Assembly (NCBI RefSeq): GCF_020969955.1
Contig: NZ_JAHDSX010000059.1
Span: forward strand, 1-11,720
Source of the DNA: Allobaculum fili
GTDB lineage: Bacteria; Bacillota_I; Bacilli_A; Erysipelotrichales; Erysipelotrichaceae
Reading direction: 5' to 3'
DNA: 11,720 nucleotides
Numbering within the stretch: position 1 is the first letter of the stretch; every line of letters starts with the position of its first letter. Of this stretch, positions 6,029 to 11,720 are shown piece by piece. The notes beneath the pieces are model-generated. The model saw only the letters and a program-made list of their open reading frames with translations. It ran no database searches and was not told the DNA's origin. The translations under genes and the position numbers were made by a program.

Positions 6029-9000
6029 TTAGTCGAGATCTTCGAGCTTGGAAGCGACAGGTTTGAGACGAAGAGCGAGTACCGCGTTGTTGATTTCAGC
6101 GGCTTTCTCGTTGATCATCTGCTGCGTAGCGGTTCCAGCCAGAACCTGGCTGCGCAGGTCAGAAACCGTTGCGGCTGCGTTCTTGACTGCATTGGAAATT
6201 TCCTTGTAGTCCATTGCATGCGCGTTAGCTTCTGCAGCTTTGCCGGCTGCAAGTTCGAGATAGCTCAGATCCACATCGAGCGAAGCACGCTTGCTGGCAT
6301 CAAGCCAGAGAACGGTACTCTCATTGTCTGCAGTAAGGCCGGTTTTCGCTTCATCAGCGCTCAGAGCCTTATTGAAGAGACGAACAGAGACGTACTTCGC
6401 ATCGCCGATACGATCCGTGTTCTGCGGGTCGATGCCGATGCAAAGCTGCTGGGCTTCGTTTACCGAGCTTGCGATGTCTACCTGGCCGACATTCTTTGTC
6501 GTATGGAGTTCGCCATCGTAGTAGATGGAGAGCGTTCCTTCCGTGTAGTCATACATCGCGGTAATGCGGTGCTGCTTGCCGACGAAATTTGCCTGTTCTT
6601 CGCTGGTGAAACCGGTGCTGTCGTTTGTGTCCGTCGCATACCAGCTGCTTCCGTTGGAAATGTGGAAGGAGAGGTTGGCATTCTGCTGACGGAGCGTGGT
6701 CAGATAGTCGCCTTTGGAAAGCAGAGTTTTCTGTCCGGACATGGTTGTCGGAATAATCACGGTTTCCATCGTCCAGGATTTGCCTGCCGCAAAGACAGGA
6801 GCAATCACGTCGTTGTGACCGAGGTACGCGTAGCCGCCAAAGGCTTCGGTGCCGTCGGCTTCACGCGCGAATTTCATCGTATCTTCCAGAGGTACGTCGA
6901 GATGGTTTTTTGACTGGTCTTTCAGAACGCTGATTTTGCCTACGAAGGCTTCGACTTCCGCAACGATTCCGCTGACTTTGGTCTTGTTGTCTTCGGTGAT
7001 CTTCGCTTTTACAGAATCTGGCAGAGCGTCGTATTCCGCTTTGAGCGCCTTAGCCTCGTCAAGCTGAGAAGCCTGAGCCGGCAGGAACGCGGTGATCTTT
7101 TCGTTCATCGCGTCTGCGGCGTTCTCAACGATATCTTCGGTGGTCAGAATCTGTGCGTTGTGGAACGTATGGTATTCGGTAGAAATGTCTTCTTTGGTTT
7201 TTGCGACTGGAACCAGAGTGAATTCCCACTCGTAAACCTGGTTTGGCAGACGGTATTCTGCGCGGGTGCCTTCCCCGCAGGTGGCGCCGCCGGTACCCTT
7301 GGATCCGTAGTTGATGCCGATTACGGTATCCTTCATCGGTGTCAGTTCGTACGGATGGCTGGCTGCGTTCATCTGTTCTGGGGTGAAGTGCAGAGCACTG
7401 GTCTGAACGGTGTTCTTAGCGACAACGAGCAGGTCGGTATCGCTGTTTGTCGAGGAGACGCGCATCCAGCGGGTGCCTGGATACATACCGGTGTCATCGA
7501 CTTTGATGTACGGGTAGAAGTTTTCCGAAACGGTCTTGGAGAAGGTTGTCGCACGAGCGGATGTCATACGGTCAAGGAGCGTTTCATCCGGTCCGTCCGC
7601 ATACCAGCTGACGTTTTCGTATCCTTCCGGAAGAATCATGTTCGAGCCGACCATGATGTAGTTGCCCATGGTGGTGTTTGTCGCATCGCTCTTCATGTGC
7701 ATCGTTACGGCACCGCTGCCGTCGATCGTGTAGACGATGGTCACTTTCGCATCCTGCGCGCTTGGCAGAGTCAGAACGGCGGTAATGACGTTCTTGCCGT
7801 TTTCCACAGCAGCTGTTACTTCCGCTGTGGCGTTATTCATGGCATTTCTCCAGTTGTGGTCGAAGATGGAATCGCCTTCGCGCTCATCGTTTTCGGTCAG
7901 GCAGCGCCAGAAGTTCGGTTTTGGACCTTCCTTAATGACAGTGTCATCGCCGTAAACGTAGTTGAGCATCTGACCGCTCGTCTTATCGATATCAAAGGAG
8001 AAGCCGTTTCCAGTAACGGTGAATTTGGTATCGTCCGGAGTAACCGTTACCGGGTTCGTATTGGCTGCTGCCTGATACTGTGCCTGGTCGGTTGGCAGAA
8101 CAAACTGCGCGTAAGACAGTTCGTGGCCGGCTTTGGCCCAGTCGGTGTCGTTTTTCAGTTTTGCACGTACGTTGAGCAGATATTCGCATCCGTCCTTGAG
8201 CTCTGGGAATTCATACGGAACGGAAATTTCCTGCGTTTCGCGTCCTTCAATGCTTGGTGTAACTACCGTTCCGCTCTTAACGACTTTGCCGTCTTCAAGA
8301 ACTTCCCATTCCACATCGTATTCGTTGAAGTTAGCGAAGTTGTTTTCGTTGTAGACGGTGACTTTCTTGGACAGCAGCTGCATTTCCGTCGCGGTGAACC
8401 AAAGGTTCTGGTACTGGAATTTGACTTCGTTCAGTTCCGGCTGCGGGTCGCGGTTGGCGGAAACCAGACCGTTTGCGCAGAAGGAGTTGTCGTTTGGAAC
8501 ATCGCCCCAGTCGCCGCCGTACGCCAGGAAGTGTCCTTCGGCTTCCTCTGGATAAATGCCGGCATGCGCGCCTTCGGTACTGTAGTAATCCCAGACACTC
8601 GTATCCTTATCAGTCAGCTGTGTGGTTTCCTTGTCCGCATAGTCAACCCAGAGGACTACAGAGTCATCGCCTTTGCCGATGGCCGGCTCTGCGGAGTGCT
8701 GGCCTCTGACTTCGTCCGCCGTGAGGGCCTTGTTATAAATGCGGGCAATGGAAATGTCGCCGTTGACGCGGCGCAGATTGACTTCGGTCTGTGCGCCTAC
8801 GCCCAGCTGGTAACTGGTGTTTTTGATGGTGATGTTGCCTGTGGACTTGGTGTCGCCGTATTTTTCTCCGTTGATGTACAGATTTACGGTGCCCTTATCG
8901 TAGGTCACGGTCAGATGCTGCCAGTTGTTGGCCCAGTTTTCCGGGATCGGCCAGGTTACGCTTCTCCAGGTACTGTCGTAAACGTAGAACTCAATCTGGT

Positions 9001-11326
9001 TGGACTTGTTCGTCTTGAGCGCTACCTGCGAGTCGCCCTTGGTCAGATACACATCATCGCTGGCCACGGATTTTGGCTTCACGTTGACTTCGAGCGTGAA
9101 CGTACGGTCCGCGCCGCTGAGGGTTTCATCGATCTTATCGTTCTGGTCGATCAGAAGGTAGCCGCTGAAGGCTGCGCCGCCGTTGAGGGTTTTGCTGCCG
9201 TCCAGGCCGGTCTGCAGATCCTTCCGTTCACCTTCGGCTGTACCGGTGAGGTTATGCTGGGCTTCCTTGAAGTTCCAGCCAGCGAAGAAGTCGCTGAGGC
9301 TCTTGTAGCGTGACTGGTCTACCCAGTCCCAGACAAAGGCGCCGGCCATGTTGTCTGCGGAGCGGATGACATCCCAGTAGTCGGAAATGTGTCCGGTCGA
9401 GTTGCCCATCGAGTGAACATACTCGGTCAGAACGTAAGGAATCTTGCCTTCGCCGGCATAGTACTTAATGCCGTCTACGCCAGTATACTGTTCGCCGTGC
9501 AGATCGCCGCCCATGTCAGGGCCGAACGATTCAAACAGAACCGGACGGGTCGGGTCTTCTTCCTTGAAATAGCGCATCGCATCGCGGAAGACGTAGTTGC
9601 CGTCGTCGAGTTTATACGGTCGTGCAGTTTCGTTTCCTAAAGACCACATCACGACGGACGGATTGTTTTTCAGACGTTCAAACGCCGTTTCTTCACGGTC
9701 CATGATGACGTTGTAGAATTTTGCTTTGTAGCGCGAGGCAATGCCAGACTCGCCGCCCAGCCAGCCGTCGGACATGAAGCAGTGGGATTCCACGTTTGTT
9801 TCGGCCATGATGTACAGGCCCCAGCGGTTAGCCAGCCAGTACAGGTAGTCGTCGTTGGAATAGTGAGAGGTACGGATCGCGTTGATGTTGTTCTGCTTCA
9901 TCAGGCTCAGATCGGCTTCCACCGATTTCATCGGGGTGGCTTTGCCGTAAACCGGATCGGAGTCGTGACGGTCGGTACCTTTGAGCAGCAGATTTTCACC
10001 GTTGATCTTGATTGGATCCCACTTCGTCGTGGTGGTCCAGCCATCGTCATCGGTCTGGGTATGCGTGTATTCGATTTCGCGGAAACCAAGCTGTGTGGAC
10101 AGCGTTTCGACAACATTTCCGTCGGCATCTTTCAGATGCAGAACGAGCGCATACAGGTTTGGATGTTCGGAACTCCAGAGTTTTGGATTGTTGACGCGGG
10201 AAGTAATCTGAACGATGCCTTCCTCGCCGGCGTTTACAGATACAGCCTGGCTGATATCTGTGGCATTGGCCTGAATGTTCGTACCGTCTTCGTCATAAAC
10301 GGCCAGATCCACGCTCCAGTTTTCAAGATTGGAAGACGAAAGGTTGCTTACATCCATCTTCACTTTCAGATCGGCATTGGTGTACGTCGAATCGAGATCG
10401 GTTTCCACTTTGTAGTCCTTGATCTGGGCGAGCGGTGCGGAAGTCAGGAAGACGTCGCGGAAAATACCGCCGTCATAAATCATGTCCTGGTCTTCCATCC
10501 ATACGGCGTCGGAAAATTTCAGAACTTTAACCGCCAGGAAGTTATCGCCTTCCTGCAGGTAATCGGTGATATCAAATTTGTGCGGCGAGAAAGTATCTTC
10601 GGAATAGCCGACTTCATGGCCGTTGACATACACGTAATACGCAGACTCAACGCCCTGGAAGTTAATGTACACGCGGCGGCTGTCATCGAGCATGCCTTTT
10701 TTGAGTGTGAAGTTTTTGCGGTACATGCCGACCGGATTGTAGTGGGTCGGAGCGGCAGGCGCCAGGTTTGGCGAGGTGCTGTCGCCGTATTTGGTCTGCC
10801 ATGGAATGGTCTGGTTGGTGTAAATGGAGAAATCAAAACCCTGCATCGTCCAGGAACAGGGGAGCGTAACGTCTTTCCATGCATCATTGGAGAACTCTTT
10901 ACTGGTGAACCCGTTTGCGCCTTCAAATTTTTCGGCGGCTTCCGGATTCTGAACCACATTGAGCTGCCATGTCTCGTTGTCTCCTGTCAGCATCTGCATG
11001 TAGTCCGAATTTTCTCTGGCCTTGTATTCAAAGGCACTTTTTCGTGCGGATGCGTCGTCCTGGAACGGAACGATCATGGTCGAAGCATCTTCCCGATTCA
11101 CGCCAAAGGTGTCGACATAGTTTTCAGTCTTGCCATCGACGGTGTAATCGGTACCGCTCCACTCCATCCCTGTGAATTTAGAAGCGGCAGGATCCTGTGT
11201 AACGGAATCGTTTGGCTTCAGATCGCTGGCTCGTTCGCCCTGAGCAGCAATCGGAGTCGCAGCCAGGAAAGCCTGCGCGGCTAAAACACCAGAGAGGAGC
11301 TGAGCAGTCAGTCTTCTCTTATTCAT
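6029..11326 (-). CDS. Secreted multidomain GH2 (LacZ-family) beta-galactosidase, 1765 aa: signal peptide, GH2 sugar-binding domain, Ig-like domain, TIM-barrel catalytic domain interrupted by a LamG insertion, domains 4/5 (Bgal_small_N-like), helical linker, second LamG, FIVAR-like C-terminus
   Basis: Signal peptide MNKRRLTAQLLSGVLAAQAFLAATPIAAQG. GH2 N-domain strings: NPVGMYRKNF, FQGVESAYYVYVNGHEVGYSEDTFSPHKFDIT, WMEDQDMIYDGGIFRDV. Acid/base E513 in ETNVESH. Nucleophile E635 in LTEYVHSMGNS. Other LacZ-like strings: FVWDWVDQ, YGGDWGDVPNDNSFCANGLV, PNFWRCLTENDE. C-terminal LamG contains QHRITAMYDYTEGTLSIYYDGE and VRLFNKALSADE. Confidence 0.97.
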   Translation of the reverse strand: MNKRRLTAQLLSGVLAAQAFLAATPIAAQGERASDLKPNDSVTQDPAASKFTGMEWSGTDYTVDGKTENYVDTFGVNREDASTMIVPFQDDASARKSAFEYKARENSDYMQMLTGDNETWQLNVVQNPEAAEKFEGANGFTSKEFSNDAWKDVTLPCSWTMQGFDFSIYTNQTIPWQTKYGDSTSPNLAPAAPTHYNPVGMYRKNFTLKKGMLDDSRRVYINFQGVESAYYVYVNGHEVGYSEDTFSPHKFDITDYLQEGDNFLAVKVLKFSDAVWMEDQDMIYDGGIFRDVFLTSAPLAQIKDYKVETDLDSTYTNADLKVKMDVSNLSSSNLENWSVDLAVYDEDGTNIQANATDISQAVSVNAGEEGIVQITSRVNNPKLWSSEHPNLYALVLHLKDADGNVVETLSTQLGFREIEYTHTQTDDDGWTTTTKWDPIKINGENLLLKGTDRHDSDPVYGKATPMKSVEADLSLMKQNNINAIRTSHYSNDDYLYWLANRWGLYIMAETNVESHCFMSDGWLGGESGIASRYKAKFYNVIMDREETAFERLKNNPSVVMWSLGNETARPYKLDDGNYVFRDAMRYFKEEDPTRPVLFESFGPDMGGDLHGEQYTGVDGIKYYAGEGKIPYVLTEYVHSMGNSTGHISDYWDVIRSADNMAGAFVWDWVDQSRYKSLSDFFAGWNFKEAQHNLTGTAEGERKDLQTGLDGSKTLNGGAAFSGYLLIDQNDKIDETLSGADRTFTLEVNVKPKSVASDDVYLTKGDSQVALKTNKSNQIEFYVYDSTWRSVTWPIPENWANNWQHLTVTYDKGTVNLYINGEKYGDTKSTGNITIKNTSYQLGVGAQTEVNLRRVNGDISIARIYNKALTADEVRGQHSAEPAIGKGDDSVVLWVDYADKETTQLTDKDTSVWDYYSTEGAHAGIYPEEAEGHFLAYGGDWGDVPNDNSFCANGLVSANRDPQPELNEVKFQYQNLWFTATEMQLLSKKVTVYNENNFANFNEYDVEWEVLEDGKVVKSGTVVTPSIEGRETQEISVPYEFPELKDGCEYLLNVRAKLKNDTDWAKAGHELSYAQFVLPTDQAQYQAAANTNPVTVTPDDTKFTVTGNGFSFDIDKTSGQMLNYVYGDDTVIKEGPKPNFWRCLTENDEREGDSIFDHNWRNAMNNATAEVTAAVENGKNVITAVLTLPSAQDAKVTIVYTIDGSGAVTMHMKSDATNTTMGNYIMVGSNMILPEGYENVSWYADGPDETLLDRMTSARATTFSKTVSENFYPYIKVDDTGMYPGTRWMRVSSTNSDTDLLVVAKNTVQTSALHFTPEQMNAASHPYELTPMKDTVIGINYGSKGTGGATCGEGTRAEYRLPNQVYEWEFTLVPVAKTKEDISTEYHTFHNAQILTTEDIVENAADAMNEKITAFLPAQASQLDEAKALKAEYDALPDSVKAKITEDNKTKVSGIVAEVEAFVGKISVLKDQSKNHLDVPLEDTMKFAREADGTEAFGGYAYLGHNDVIAPVFAAGKSWTMETVIIPTTMSGQKTLLSKGDYLTTLRQQNANLSFHISNGSSWYATDTNDSTGFTSEEQANFVGKQHRITAMYDYTEGTLSIYYDGELHTTKNVGQVDIASSVNEAQQLCIGIDPQNTDRIGDAKYVSVRLFNKALSADEAKTGLTADNESTVLWLDASKRASLDVDLSYLELAAGKAAEANAHAMDYKEISNAVKNAAATVSDLRSQVLAGTATQQMINEKAAEINNAVLALRLKPVASKLEDLD

Positions 11327-11352
11327 ACTGTTTCAATCCTTTCTCTTTCCTC

Positions 11353-11372
11353 TTCTGCCGGTTCGGGCAGAA
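11353..11372 (-). other. 7-bp hairpin in the predicted 5' UTR of the GH2 mRNA
   Basis: TTCTGCC (11353-11359) pairs with GGCAGAA (11366-11372) around a 6-nt loop. It lies between the predicted -10 and the purine-rich RBS region (GAAAGGA). Confidence 0.3.
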
Positions 11373-11384
11373 TGAATCACTTAG

Positions 11385-11414
11385 ATTATATTGGTCTTCA
11401 CGGTGTCGATTCAA
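11385..11414 (-). promoter_or_regulatory. Candidate sigma-70-type promoter of the GH2 gene
   Basis: On the minus strand: TTGAAT (11414-11409), 18-nt spacer, consensus TATAAT (11390-11385). It sits about 60 nt upstream of the ATG at 11326. Confidence 0.5.
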
Positions 11415-11650
11415 TGTTTTTTGAAAGCACTTTCCTCTTTTTTTGATTCAGTTCAGTCCGTTTGGCGATTCGTACACGTGTTTTATTTTATATTCGCCGT
11501 GTATTTTAAAGGATTAGAATTTGTCAAGATCCATTTCTTTCTTTCTGTTGGAAACGCCCGTCTGCAGATGTTTGCTTTTGGGATACGAATTTGAGGTAAG
11601 TGTCAAACAATCGACGGGTATACGCGAGACTGAATATTAGATACGCTAAA

Positions 11651-11672
11651 CGGGATCCCTTTCGAGATCCCG
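11651..11672 (-). terminator. Hairpin, possibly the terminator of a minus-strand gene ending near the right edge
   Basis: CGGGATC (11651-11657) pairs with GATCCCG (11666-11672) around an 8-nt loop. The minus strand then reads only TTTAGCG. A minus-strand frame open from the window edge stops at 11688-11686 (...DPKYEENDEE*), 14 nt before the hairpin. Confidence 0.35.
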
Positions 11673-11720
11673 CTTGGCGTATTTTTTATTCTTCATCGTT
11701 TTCTTCATACTTCGGATCCG

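Noticed and set aside
6017-11284. Three long plus-strand ORFs (6017-6913, 7160-9313, 9782-11284) antisense to the GH2 gene
   Set aside because: These are codon-aligned mirror ORFs again. Their ends coincide with rare sense codons: TCA for Ser1472 at 6911-6913, TCA for Ser672 at 9311-9313, and TTA for Leu15 at 11282-11284. They have no SD, no motifs and odd composition. The minus frame has unambiguous GH2 catalytic motifs.
227-11326. Diversity-generating retroelement idea, since lectin-fold and Ig-like modules are typical DGR targets
   Set aside because: There is no reverse transcriptase and no template/variable repeat pair with adenine-specific differences. The LamG copies are divergent paralogues at the DNA level; the longest shared run I noticed is about 11 nt.
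11391-11594. 67-aa plus-strand ORF (TTG start), and the ORF at 11212-11424, in the GH2 upstream region
   Set aside because: They lie in AT-rich promoter DNA, have no SD, show hydrophobic low-complexity translation, and overlap the GH2 promoter and start.
11686-11720. Possible 3' end of a minus-strand gene (...DPKYEENDEE*) at the right edge
   Set aside because: Only 11 codons are visible, and another frame is also open to the edge. It is used only as weak support for the hairpin at 11651-11672 and is not called as a CDS.
1-11720. Scan for CRISPR arrays, tRNA/rRNA, IS elements, integrases and long tandem or terminal inverted repeats
   Set aside because: Reading both strands, I saw none: no regularly spaced repeats, no T-loop GGTTCGAATCC-type signature, and no transposase- or recombinase-like translations.

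Overview
All domain and motif calls below were made by eye from remembered family signatures; no HMM, BLAST or folding computation was possible. The window looks like bacterial chromosome with roughly 50-55% GC (by eye) and strong AGGAGG-type Shine-Dalgarno sites. Gene content suggests a glycan-degrading anaerobe of the Firmicutes/Clostridia type, but that is inference only.

Layout, left to right:
(1) 1-48 (-): the first 16 codons of an unidentified gene that leaves the left edge.
(2) 227-2116 (+): a 629-aa protein built only of accessory modules (N-terminally clipped LamG, Big_2 Ig-like, LamG, two FIVAR-like helical units). It has no signal peptide and a doubtful start.
(3) 2117-2560: about 450 nt of unassigned, stop-poor spacer that ends in a strong hairpin.
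(4) 2674-5650 (+): a translationally coupled ferrous-iron uptake operon, feoA-feoA-feoB plus a small FeoB-associated Cys-rich membrane protein. It has a candidate promoter, a candidate operator and a good terminator.
(5) 6029-11326 (-): a convergent 5.3-kb gene for a secreted 1765-aa GH2 beta-galactosidase. A LamG domain is nested inside its catalytic barrel, and a second LamG plus a FIVAR-like tail sit at the C-terminus.
(6) 11327-11720: the GH2 promoter region and a probable terminator of the next gene.

I saw no rRNA, tRNA, CRISPR array, transposase, integrase, toxin-antitoxin or recognisable defence genes. I do not find a convincing new multi-gene system here. The most unusual items are the domain-in-domain GH2 architecture, the start-less accessory-module ORF with an orphan SD, and the structured unassigned spacer upstream of feo.
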